From a virus (taxonomy: Duplodnaviria > Caudoviricetes), in the IMG/VR virus record IMGVR_UViG_3300014205_000227, positions 2,213 through 66,212 of that record: a DNA stretch of 64,000 nucleotides, one strand, 5' to 3'. Below the pieces are notes generated by a model. That model saw only the letters and a program-made list of their open reading frames with translations. It did not search any database and had not been told where the DNA came from. Position numbers and translations under genes: made by a program. This document shows, piece by piece, positions 54,657 to 63,280 of this stretch (positions are counted from its first letter, which is position 1; the number at the start of each line of letters is the position of its first letter).

Positions 54657-54687
54657 AAACCCGCTCACTTTGAGCGGGTTTCTTTTT
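54657..54687 (+). terminator. Rho-independent terminator of the rightward early operon
   Basis: AAACCCGCTC-acttt-GAGCGGGTTT followed by CTTTTTT. Confidence 0.75.
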
Positions 54688-54835
54688 TGATACCTTCGTC
54701 GATCAAGCCCCTGAGCCACTTCGCGCCTCGCAGTTTGACCGCATCGGCTTGAGTAGGCGTGAGAGCGAAAGACTTCTTAACGAGTGGAACTGGGACCGTA
54801 GGTCGACCCCTTCCCTTCTTAGCTTGCTCGCTCAT
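54665..54835 (-). CDS. 56-aa basic DNA-binding protein with AT-hook-like GRGRP (not in ORF track)
   Basis: MSEQAKKGRGRPTVPVPLVKKSFALT...AKWLRGLIDEG; ATGA overlap with upstream gene. Confidence 0.6.
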   Translation of the reverse strand: MSEQAKKGRGRPTVPVPLVKKSFALTPTQADAVKLRGAKWLRGLIDEGIKKETRSK

Positions 54836-55377
54836 GCTTTCACCTGATCAGCTTTCCAAGCCTTATACGCTTGCAGAAACTCGGCGGTAGTCGCGTGAGT
54901 AGCGATCTCTGAGTATTTCCAGTTGGTACCGCTCTCAGACGTGACAGACTTCGCGTTCACCTTCTTAACGCTCAAGGGACTATTACCACCGATGTAGAAA
55001 AGGTCCCCAGGTTTCAAGGTCGAGCGTAAGAAGTCATCGATCGAGGCGTTCACCATCGCTTTCACTGCGGCTTTATTCGCTCTCTCTGCGATCTTTACCG
55101 GATCATCGCGATCAGCGCGAGAGACCCACTTCGCCGCGCTCTCTCGAAGCTTAACGGCTTGAGCGTGGGCGTTTTCGTATGAACTCACGTTTCGGTCATT
55201 CTGCTTGCCGAAGTTCTTTCGATAGTTCGAGCTTCCCGTCGTCATCGGTGAGGGGACCGAAGTCATTCGCCGCCATGCCCGATCTTCTAGCGCGTCGGCT
55301 CTCTCGAAGAGCTTTCGAGCATGCTCGCGCATATCTTCCACGGTTCGGGGTCTCACGAAGTTAGTTCTTCTTCTCAT
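54832..55377 (-). CDS. Hypothetical early protein
   Basis: 181 aa; PSPMTTGSSNY and VKKVNAKSV segments. Confidence 0.6.
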   Translation of the reverse strand: MRRRTNFVRPRTVEDMREHARKLFERADALEDRAWRRMTSVPSPMTTGSSNYRKNFGKQNDRNVSSYENAHAQAVKLRESAAKWVSRADRDDPVKIAERANKAAVKAMVNASIDDFLRSTLKPGDLFYIGGNSPLSVKKVNAKSVTSESGTNWKYSEIATHATTAEFLQAYKAWKADQVKA

Positions 55378-55601
55378 TTTCTTAGTTCCTTGCCATACCG
55401 ACCGTTGAACGCTCGAAGCTGAGCGAATGCCCGGTCATATTGGTTCTTGGCGTCGATAAATTCTTGGGATTGCTTCACGGAATCCGGAGTCAAGCCCATA
55501 AGACCGCTTCCAACGCCTTTGATACTTCGAAGAGCGTTCGAAGCCGAATCAAGCTCGGCTTCTAGTTGCTTCTTTGCCGCTCTCAAAACGTCCCGATTCA
55601 T
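55374..55601 (-). CDS. Small conserved phage protein
   Basis: GSGLMGLTPDSVK...AFAQLRAFN motif. Confidence 0.65.
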   Translation of the reverse strand: MNRDVLRAAKKQLEAELDSASNALRSIKGVGSGLMGLTPDSVKQSQEFIDAKNQYDRAFAQLRAFNGRYGKELRK

Positions 55602-56293
55602 ACGATGCCCAAGAGAATCATATGCTTTGGCGTCTGGAAGATCGCGTCGTCGGGGTCGACTACATCGAAGTGAACGCCTCTGACTCCGTAGTTTCGACAG
55701 TGATCTTCGATACCAGACTTCTCAGCGCATGCCGGACAGATACCGAATCCGATGTCTTGGTTGTGCCACTGTCGACCGACCGTCGAGCCGCCGCACTGAG
55801 CGCAGTACAAACCGATAGGGTTCGGTCGCTCGGAATACGTACCGATGATCTGATCGTCTTTGAGAGCATGCCCACGATGATGCGGCTGAGAATCCGTACC
55901 ATAACAGCAACCCATAACCCCGATTGCTGAGAGTGCTTGAGCGGCGAATTTGTTGAGAATAGTATCCTCGCGATCACAGCGATACTTACCGCCGCCATGT
56001 CCTAAGCCGGTTCTCATGCCGACTTGAAGCGGGAGAAGTCCAAGCCTATACAGAACGTCGCGAGCTACTTCGAGATCGCGAAAGCCATCTTCGAATTCAA
56101 TACCGATGCAGGTCTGCAGAACTTCGCCATCTTTGTGATCAGGGTTGAATTGCGTTCCGACGAAATACTCGAAAGTCTCTCGCTCGCTTACTGAGCCGTT
56201 GACCGATGTCGAGTAGTTGTAGCGGGAATCCTTGAAGAGAACTTTTACAGTTCTAAGAGCCGACGAGGTAGATTGATTGTGAGAGTTTGACAT
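55598..56293 (-). CDS. Hypothetical early protein with Cys-rich C-terminus
   Basis: Start probably ATG 56293 (MSNS); CAQCGG and CPACAEK. Confidence 0.6.
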   Translation of the reverse strand: MSNSHNQSTSSALRTVKVLFKDSRYNYSTSVNGSVSERETFEYFVGTQFNPDHKDGEVLQTCIGIEFEDGFRDLEVARDVLYRLGLLPLQVGMRTGLGHGGGKYRCDREDTILNKFAAQALSAIGVMGCCYGTDSQPHHRGHALKDDQIIGTYSERPNPIGLYCAQCGGSTVGRQWHNQDIGFGICPACAEKSGIEDHCRNYGVRGVHFDVVDPDDAIFQTPKHMILLGIV

Positions 56294-56342
56294 TTGACTT
56301 TCCATGCCAGAAGAGATTGCACTCTCTGTCTGGCACTTTTTA

Positions 56343-56386
56343 TTATCGCACTAAAAATCAAGAAAAGTAGGTTTTTAGTGCGATAA
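56343..56386. promoter_or_regulatory. 15-bp perfect inverted repeat (TTATCGCACTAAAAA-N14-TTTTTAGTGCGATAA) containing an extended -10
   Basis: Read directly; AT-rich intergenic region. Confidence 0.6.
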
Positions 56387-56398
56387 ATAAAAAAAATC

Positions 56399-56749
56399 TC
56401 AGTCGACCTTCTCGAACAGGCTAGGAGCTTCTTTCGGAATACCGAATACCGTTCGAGTTCTTCTCACCAGATCGATGCCGAAGATGGTCGTCGAGCATCG
56501 ATCAAAGTCGGCGCTGTTCCCTATCCCAAACTTGAGAGACGGTCCAGATACCTTGATCACGTAGGTATTCGGCTCGATATGACCGCCGAAGTTCGGGACG
56601 TGCTTTCTGATCAGGCTTTCGATCTGGTTATCAGTTGCTCCAGACTCTCGAAGCTCGCGCCAGAACTGCCTCGAGGGGTACTTGCTCAGCGTAGCCACAA
56701 GATGCGCTGAGACCATATCCTGATCAACGTCGTGGCGGTAGCGACTCAT
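56399..56749 (-). CDS. Hypothetical protein
   Basis: ATG 56749 in ATGA overlap. Confidence 0.55.
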   Translation of the reverse strand: MSRYRHDVDQDMVSAHLVATLSKYPSRQFWRELRESGATDNQIESLIRKHVPNFGGHIEPNTYVIKVSGPSLKFGIGNSADFDRCSTTIFGIDLVRRTRTVFGIPKEAPSLFEKVD

Positions 56750-57168
56750 GAGAGAAGCCTCGCGAGCAAAGCAACCGACTCGACCCGATTCATACACTCT
56801 GGACCGATGCCATTGAACTTTGACACAGGGTCGGTAAGGTTCGCTCCGCACATGACACAGATACACTTTTCGTCTCGATAGGCTTGGAGTGCTTTATTTA
56901 GCCCCTCGCGATTGATTCGATCAGCAAGCGCGGTTATCGCGTCTCTGATCATTTGACCGCCTCTGACCGGCTTTTTGAGCTTGCCATCTTCGAGCCAAGA
57001 GTCGCACGTATCCCAAGAGTTCGAACCGGTCATCGCTCGAAGCAATACGACGGTTTCTCCGACTTGAAATATCCGAATCTTGCGCGATGCCTTGACCGAT
57101 ATTTCGAACCAAGTCCAGCCGGCCGGGATTGTGAAGCTGTTTTCCATGTAGATTCGTTGGGCGTCCAT
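56746..57168 (-). CDS. DUF6011-like zinc-finger protein
   Basis: CVMCGANLTDPVSKFNGIGPEC; TAATG overlap. Confidence 0.7.
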   Translation of the reverse strand: MDAQRIYMENSFTIPAGWTWFEISVKASRKIRIFQVGETVVLLRAMTGSNSWDTCDSWLEDGKLKKPVRGGQMIRDAITALADRINREGLNKALQAYRDEKCICVMCGANLTDPVSKFNGIGPECMNRVESVALLARLLS

Positions 57169-57326
57169 TATGATGCTCTCCTTGCTCGAAGCTCTTTGAT
57201 CATCTGGCATTCGATGATATCGTGCGCGTCGTCGTGGGTTAAATCGGGTTCTTCTGTGAGTAGTGCCGAAACTCGCTGTTCGAGCTCGGCGGCTTGGTTG
57301 ATGAGAATGTAAGCGAGATCGTTCAT
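57168..57326 (-). CDS. 52-aa hypothetical protein (not in ORF track)
   Basis: MNDLAYILINQAAELEQRV...; fills the gap with overlaps at both ends. Confidence 0.55.
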   Translation of the reverse strand: MNDLAYILINQAAELEQRVSALLTEEPDLTHDDAHDIIECQMIKELRARRAS

Positions 57327-57592
57327 TTTGGTTCAGTCACTACCATGTAGGATTTGGGACCATCTTCGGTTGAATCCCACGAATCGGTTCGAACTAGATT
57401 CAGAGACTGAACGTGCTTTTTCAAGACTCGCTTGATGATGCTAAGACCGGCTTTCGAATCAGCATAAAAGAGAATCTGTCCGTCTGAACTCATTTCGACG
57501 TCGACGTTTTCGCCTGATAGTGAGAGAATGCCGGAGAGAATTTTCGCAACGGCTTGAGCTTTTTTGAGTTTCTGTTCGAGAACTAGCGACAT
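57323..57592 (-). CDS. Hypothetical protein
   Basis: 89 aa. Confidence 0.55.
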   Translation of the reverse strand: MSLVLEQKLKKAQAVAKILSGILSLSGENVDVEMSSDGQILFYADSKAGLSIIKRVLKKHVQSLNLVRTDSWDSTEDGPKSYMVVTEPK

Positions 57593-57615
57593 GAGAAATA
57601 CCTACCATTGAGAAA

Positions 57616-57643
57616 GCTCTCGCTAGTGAGTTCTAGCGAGAGC
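57616..57643. other. 11-bp stem-loop in intergenic spacer (attenuator or processing site)
   Basis: GCTCTCGCTAG-tgagtt-CTAGCGAGAGC. Confidence 0.5.
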
Positions 57644-57656
57644 GAGTGAGTGACAA

Positions 57657-58421
57657 TTACTTGCCTGCGGCGGCTTCTGAGATCGCTTTCTTATCGATCT
57701 TCGTTCGCTTCGTGCTAGTCGTCTTGGGTGCCGGTCTGACAGCGTTCTTCTTAGCCGGTCGAGTATTCGACGTTGTCGCTGGCTTCTCAGCTTTAGGAGC
57801 TTTCTCGACCTTTGGAGTCGGAACCTTGATCGCTGAGAGCTTCACAGACTCAGCGAGCGTTACGTTCAAAGGCCAACCTTCTGTTTGGCTGATGATTCGC
57901 CAGGTTCGCTCGGTATCGTTCTTGCGAAGAAACTCGACTCGCTTACCGTAGCCGTGAACAATGAACTTTACAATCGGCTTCTTAGTCGAGAAGTGAGTCG
58001 CGGCGTCGAGAACTGCGGCTTCGATTGTGTCACCTTCGAAAGTGATACCAGAGCCAGATCGAATTCGAGCTTTCCCTTCTGGACCTTTAGCTTTGACGCC
58101 ATCGGTCGTCGTCTTTGGCTTGGGAGTCGACTTCTTAGCGGTCGCCGGTGCTTTCACGAATCCAAGAGCAACTGCTCGATTTACTGCGGCTTCGCCACCT
58201 AAGCCAGAGAGTTCGTCTGTGAGACTCCACTTGGTTGCTTGCCAGTCGTCTTTCGTTCCACCTTCTGAGAGAACGATCTTTCCTTCGATCTCTCGAAGAG
58301 CTTGCTGAACCTCATGAATCTTGATTCCCTTTGGAAGCTTGACCGTGAGTTCGTGAGTCGTTTGGCCGGAAGTCGAAGCGATTGAAAGAATGAGTGTAGA
58401 AAGGTTGATTGAGTTTGACAT
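57657..58421 (-). CDS. Immediate-early protein with Lys/Ala/Pro/Thr-rich histone-H1-like segments
   Basis: 254 aa; AGGAG RBS; first gene after the leftward sigma70 promoter. Confidence 0.7.
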   Translation of the reverse strand: MSNSINLSTLILSIASTSGQTTHELTVKLPKGIKIHEVQQALREIEGKIVLSEGGTKDDWQATKWSLTDELSGLGGEAAVNRAVALGFVKAPATAKKSTPKPKTTTDGVKAKGPEGKARIRSGSGITFEGDTIEAAVLDAATHFSTKKPIVKFIVHGYGKRVEFLRKNDTERTWRIISQTEGWPLNVTLAESVKLSAIKVPTPKVEKAPKAEKPATTSNTRPAKKNAVRPAPKTTSTKRTKIDKKAISEAAAGK

Positions 58422-58579
58422 TTGATTTTCTCCTACGAGAAGAAAGATCAGCTTTCCAAGTGAATCGTCAGGCCTTCTAGGAGCTTCTTTCGCTTAGTGA
58501 CTTTTCAGTGCTTTAGCTACTTGCTTAGGGGTTTCTGTTCGCTTTGCTTTTCGTTCTGTCTTTCTTTGCTCGTGGATAC

Positions 58580-58608
58580 AATGTACCATACCAAGAAGAG
58601 AATGCCAA
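58580..58608 (-). promoter_or_regulatory. Sigma70-type early promoter TTGGCA-N17-TACATT (with TG)
   Basis: Exact 17-bp spacing; AT-rich upstream element. Confidence 0.7.
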
Positions 58609-58724
58609 GTGTTTTCGAATATTTTCTGAAAATTCTTTTCTTTGAACCTGAAAAAGATCGCCAGTAGACAGATATGAGCCTATCGAGCACGTCGACGACT
58701 GTCGTATGATAGGCGTCGAGGAAC

Positions 58725-59114
58725 ATGCAAGGTATATCTATCTCAACCCGACCGCTACTTCGTCTTAACTCCCGACCCAAACTCCCTGCCGATCGAGTTC
58801 TATCAGCGAGACGCGATGCGTACTTCCGCTCTCACGCTGAACTCATGTTTCCAGCTTACGATTCACCGCCTGCCAGAGAGATCATCCGCTCGGTATGGTC
58901 TGACTGGCTAGGCTTTCAAGTCGAGCGAGCGCGTGATCTCGATACAAAGCACTGGGAGCAATTAAAACGTTCTGCCGATCGCGTGAGATTCGGTCGAGCC
59001 GACTACCCTCAAGCCATCGTCGACTTTAAGAAGTGCGAACGACAGATAAAAGCCATCGCATTGATCGATCCGAAAGCCGCCAGAGAGTTCTATCGAGAGC
59101 CTGAGCTACAATAA
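58725..59114 (+). CDS. Hypothetical protein upstream of terminase (possible late regulator)
   Basis: 129 aa; GAGGAAC-ATG. Confidence 0.55.
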   Translation: MQGISISTRPLLRLNSRPKLPADRVLSARRDAYFRSHAELMFPAYDSPPAREIIRSVWSDWLGFQVERARDLDTKHWEQLKRSADRVRFGRADYPQAIVDFKKCERQIKAIALIDPKAAREFYREPELQ

Positions 59115-59177
59115 GCCGTTAAGCCTCCCGGGAGAGTTCCCGACACAAAGAGAACCGCAAGAACTCTGAACTCTCCC
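59107..59177 (+). promoter_or_regulatory. Candidate late promoter (TACAATAAGCC) plus 10-bp stem-loop
   Basis: Motif shared with 271 and 3268; GGGAGAGTTC (59130-59139) / GAACTCTCCC (59168-59177). Confidence 0.45.
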
Positions 59178-59233
59178 AATCAACCCCTCGTTACGTGCTA
59201 TAAACTGATGTCTGAGGCAGGGACCTCCAAGGT

Positions 59234-59794
59234 ATGACAGAAGAGAAACCGCTCTGGGAGCAACTAGAAGAAGAGTCAGACGAAAATTACATTCTCTTCT
59301 GCGCGTATCGCGACCTTGGTCCAGATCGAACTGTTCCTAAACTTCTAGCCAAGCGGGGGAAGGGTAACGAGAATTACACGTATGAACTCTCGCGCAAATG
59401 GAACTGGGTTCAGCGATGCAATAAGTGGGATATACACCTAGCCACGCTCAGTGCTGAATCTCAAGAGAATTCTCACAAAGGCAAGATCGATAACTATCGG
59501 TCTCGGAACGAAGAGTTCGCCAAAGATGCCCAACAGACAGCGCGAATCATGCTCGCGGTAGCCAAGACGAAATTATCGGCCGCCGTAACGAAGTTCAAGG
59601 GAACTGAGGGCATGAACGAAGAAGAGAGAGCCGCGCATATCGAGAACGTGCCGATTGATCGAGCGATCGGACCTTTGGTTCGCTCAGCGGTTCTAGTGTT
59701 TAACTCCGGATCGATGGCAGAAGCTCAGGCTCTCGGTATCGATCAGATGCTCAACATGCTCGAACCCGGGGACGTCGACGAAGATGAGGAGTAA
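59234..59794 (+). CDS. Terminase small subunit
   Basis: LWEQLEEES...FCAYRDLGPDRT...WNWVQRCNKWD; precedes TerL. Confidence 0.75.
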   Translation: MTEEKPLWEQLEEESDENYILFCAYRDLGPDRTVPKLLAKRGKGNENYTYELSRKWNWVQRCNKWDIHLATLSAESQENSHKGKIDNYRSRNEEFAKDAQQTARIMLAVAKTKLSAAVTKFKGTEGMNEEERAAHIENVPIDRAIGPLVRSAVLVFNSGSMAEAQALGIDQMLNMLEPGDVDEDEE

Positions 59795-61583
59795 GCTCCA
59801 GCGACTTCTCGATAAGTCGTCGATCATGCGCCTCCCCATGGTCAAGAAGGTTCGGCGCCATCGACAGCGCCTGATCAGCCTTTCGCCAGATCGAGCCATC
59901 GATATCATCAATGAGTGCTTGCGAGCCTCTTGGCCTACCGAAGAGATCAGGGCTAATCTTGAGTATCGACGCGCAGTATACGAACGCTGTCAGCTAGACG
60001 CCAATGAGCAAGAGAAAGAGAATGAGAAGTGCTCGAAAGACTGTCGGTACTGGATCGAAACCTGGGCTTGGACATTCGACCCACGTCTTAGCGAAGGTAA
60101 GTTTCGACCGTTCTTGCTGTTCCCGGTTCAGGTCGACTATATCGACTGGCTGAACCTTCGATACAAGAACCAAGAAGATGGCATAGTCGAGAAGAGCCGC
60201 GATATGGGCTTCTCTTGGCTCTCGGTTGCTTGGGCAACTTGGAAGTTCCTGTTCGAAGATGGTTTTACTTGCGTCTTCGGCTCGAACCTTATTCGCAACG
60301 TCGACACGCTCGGCAACCATAAGAGCCTGTTCGAGAAGATTCGGATGATCTTGCGAGCACTGCCGGTCTGGATGCTTCCGAAGGGGTTCTCGAAGCGAGC
60401 GCATCTAAACACTAAGCTCAGAATCATCAACCCTGAGAGAAACGGCATTATCACAGGTGAGGGAGGTCATAACATCGGCAGATCAGACCGCGCCTCAATC
60501 GTCTTTATCGACGAAGCCGCGCACGTCGAGCGAGCTGAAGAGGTCGAGCAAGCACTATCTCAGACGACCGACTGTCGCATCTGGGGATCAACGCCGAAAG
60601 GTTCTGGCAACCTCTTTTACACCAAGGTTAAGTCTGATCAGTTCCCGGTCTTTCGTTTTCACTGGCAACAAGACCCGAGAAAGAATCGCTGGATACTTCG
60701 CAACCCAGACGGCTCGGTCTTTGCAGAAGGTCATGGCGAATGCTCAGCCCCGGCCGGCATGGTCCCGTTTTATCCTTGGTATGAAGATGCCAAGAAACGA
60801 TTCACGCCGCTCACGGTCGCTCAAGAGATCGATATCGATTACGCAGGTTCAATCGATGACGTCGTATTTCCCTCGCACTGGGTTCAGGCATGCGTTACGA
60901 TCAGTCTCACCCCCGGCGACTATCGAGAAGCAGGTCTGGACGTCGGCGGTAGTGGTAGCGATGGAGCGGAGAGCGTTTATACCCTTGTCGCCATGCCGGT
61001 CGCTCTCAAGATAAAGCGATGGTCTGGGCTTTCACCGGTTAAGACAGCGCGTCGAGCTATCCGGTACGCGAGAGAAGATCAGGTGCATTCGTTCAAGTGG
61101 GACCACACTGGCGTAGGCGAGGGCGTCTCTGGTGAGATTCAAGACTCAGCAACCGCCGAAGATGTCACTTTCAAGATGCAGATGGTCAAGTGGGGCGGCA
61201 AGCCATCGAAACGAATGTGGCCTAGTGGTCGACGCTCGAATCAAATGTTCATGAGTGCCAAAGCCGAAGATCACTGGATATTGCGCGAGCGCATGCGAAA
61301 GACTTACGAGCACGTTCTCTTTCTCCAAGGTCATCCCGAGGGAGTCGAGCACCCACTCGACGAACTGCTATCGATTCCGAAAGACAATAAGCTGATCAGC
61401 CAACTCTCGACCATCAGGTTCGAAGAGCGAGACAACGGCAAAATTACGATAGAATCAAAACTCAAGATGAAGAAGCGGAACGTAGCATCGCCCGATATTG
61501 CGGAGTCGCTGATCATCGCCTGTTCGCCTGATCATCCTGAGCTTGAAGTAACTGGCTCGCACTCAGAAGAAGTCTATGCTTAA
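59784..61583 (+). CDS. Terminase large subunit
   Basis: EKSRDMGFSW (Walker A-like), FIDEAA (Walker B), GLDVGG and SPDIAESL nuclease motifs. Confidence 0.9.
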   Translation: MRSKLQRLLDKSSIMRLPMVKKVRRHRQRLISLSPDRAIDIINECLRASWPTEEIRANLEYRRAVYERCQLDANEQEKENEKCSKDCRYWIETWAWTFDPRLSEGKFRPFLLFPVQVDYIDWLNLRYKNQEDGIVEKSRDMGFSWLSVAWATWKFLFEDGFTCVFGSNLIRNVDTLGNHKSLFEKIRMILRALPVWMLPKGFSKRAHLNTKLRIINPERNGIITGEGGHNIGRSDRASIVFIDEAAHVERAEEVEQALSQTTDCRIWGSTPKGSGNLFYTKVKSDQFPVFRFHWQQDPRKNRWILRNPDGSVFAEGHGECSAPAGMVPFYPWYEDAKKRFTPLTVAQEIDIDYAGSIDDVVFPSHWVQACVTISLTPGDYREAGLDVGGSGSDGAESVYTLVAMPVALKIKRWSGLSPVKTARRAIRYAREDQVHSFKWDHTGVGEGVSGEIQDSATAEDVTFKMQMVKWGGKPSKRMWPSGRRSNQMFMSAKAEDHWILRERMRKTYEHVLFLQGHPEGVEHPLDELLSIPKDNKLISQLSTIRFEERDNGKITIESKLKMKKRNVASPDIAESLIIACSPDHPELEVTGSHSEEVYA

Positions 61584-63243
61584 ACTGCCCAACAAATCAC
61601 TCGACACTCTCAACCGCGAAGAGGCTCAGCAAGCGATCATGTCGACGCTGAGACCGGGCTGGAAAGAGAACAAGCAGTTTCTCGACGGAGATCACTGGCA
61701 GAACGGCTTGGCATGGGTCGGACCTATGCCGGTTCAAAAGACACGCGACGCCGCGCAGATCATCGAGACGATCAAGCGAAACTTCGTCAGTAAGAACACT
61801 ATCCTAGAAGTCGTCAATCGGCGTTCGGATGGTCTGCTAGGGCGTGAACCTGTTTGGTCTGTCGCGCTAAAGCGCAAGCTCAAAGACGACGAACAACCAA
61901 CCGACGAAGAGAAGAAGCTCCTGATCGAAGCGACTGATAAGGTCAAGCAGTGGTGGAACTCGCGCCAAGTGAATCAGGTTCTCAAAGAGGCTCTTTACAA
62001 TTCCCTGACTACCGATCATGGCGTTATGAGAGCGTTCATACCTCGCGGTCTTAGTGACGAATCAGGCAAGGTCAAGGGTAAGTCGATCACCGACGCGGTT
62101 TATCTCGAAGTGCTCAGCCCTGATCTCGGCGCAGTGGTCAAAGACCCCGACGACATGAAAGACTATTCTTTCGCGGTTTGGGAGATCAAAGACAAACGCT
62201 ACATGGAGTCGAGCTTCGTCGTCGATCAACTAGCCGAAGAGAAGCTAACCAAGGTTCGCTTCACTGATGGCACTGGCGCGGAAGTTACCGCAGAGTTCAA
62301 GCTCGGCGGTCGGATTCTCATGTTTGATCTCGAAGCCCCTCGCATGATCACTCAGCAAGTTCGAGAGAATCAAATGAGCCTCAATAAGACTTTCACGATG
62401 CTGGGTCGGAACACAGACCTAGCGGGGTTCATTGAGCGAACGATTCTCAACGGTCAACAGATGGGTAAGTTCATGCCAGATCCAGACCGACCCGGCGAGC
62501 GCGTTTTCGTGCCGTCCGAGGATAGCGTCAAGTTCGGTCCCAACGTTACAAGCTGGGTAGCCGGTATCAAGTATCAAGACGCTGAGGGCAACGAACAGAT
62601 CGCCAACCCCTCAGTCGTCTATCGCGACCCGGTTCCGGCCACGACCTTCAAAGAGACAGCCGATATCTACCGCTCGAACATTCTCGAGGATGTCAGGCAG
62701 TCTCATATCTTGATTAACTCGGATGCGACGACATCAGGCGTCTCACGCATCCAAGCTCGCGCCGACTACCTCGCGTCCCTTAAAGACCTAAAGCCTAACG
62801 TCGACCGCGCTATCGAGTGGCTTCTGAATCTGCTTCTGAGCTTTGAGGACTTACTCAGCGGTGAGACGAAGTTCAAAGAGCTTGAAGTCGTCGCGGACAT
62901 TCGAGTGACTGCAGGACCGATGACCGCCGAAGAGATCGACGCTCTGGTCAACCTAGTTGAGAAGGAACTGATGGCGCGTGAAACCGCGATGACGATTCTT
63001 GAGACCGCCGACGTCGACGAAGAGTCGGCTCGCATTGTTAGAGAGCGATTGAACCGACCAATCCCGATGACCGATCTGGCTTCTGTCGGATGGTCTCCGA
63101 CTGATAAGCAACTAATCGAAATGGACAGTCGAGCCGGATTCACTGCGCGAACCGTAGCAGAGATCGAAGCCACTCGCAAGCGAGAGCAAGAAGAACAGCT
63201 AACGATGATTCAGACCAAAGCTCAAGGGTTCGGCGGAGAATAA
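61576..63243 (+). CDS. Portal protein (SPP1 gp6-like)
   Basis: 555 aa after TerL; FLDGDHW and NTILEVVNR; RETAMTIL C-terminus. Confidence 0.85.
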   Translation: MLKLPNKSLDTLNREEAQQAIMSTLRPGWKENKQFLDGDHWQNGLAWVGPMPVQKTRDAAQIIETIKRNFVSKNTILEVVNRRSDGLLGREPVWSVALKRKLKDDEQPTDEEKKLLIEATDKVKQWWNSRQVNQVLKEALYNSLTTDHGVMRAFIPRGLSDESGKVKGKSITDAVYLEVLSPDLGAVVKDPDDMKDYSFAVWEIKDKRYMESSFVVDQLAEEKLTKVRFTDGTGAEVTAEFKLGGRILMFDLEAPRMITQQVRENQMSLNKTFTMLGRNTDLAGFIERTILNGQQMGKFMPDPDRPGERVFVPSEDSVKFGPNVTSWVAGIKYQDAEGNEQIANPSVVYRDPVPATTFKETADIYRSNILEDVRQSHILINSDATTSGVSRIQARADYLASLKDLKPNVDRAIEWLLNLLLSFEDLLSGETKFKELEVVADIRVTAGPMTAEEIDALVNLVEKELMARETAMTILETADVDEESARIVRERLNRPIPMTDLASVGWSPTDKQLIEMDSRAGFTARTVAEIEATRKREQEEQLTMIQTKAQGFGGE

Positions 63244-63280
63244 GGGCGTTTAGGGACTCTCGAGGATTCAAAGGCGAATA

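Noticed and set aside
54846-58460. Duplicated 15-mer GATCAGCTTTCCAAG at 54846 and 58446
   Set aside because: One copy is coding and one is not; a few 15-mer matches are expected by chance in 64 kb
58517-58780. 87-aa minus-strand ORF
   Set aside because: Spans the promoter and operator region, overlaps the divergent gene start, and has no RBS
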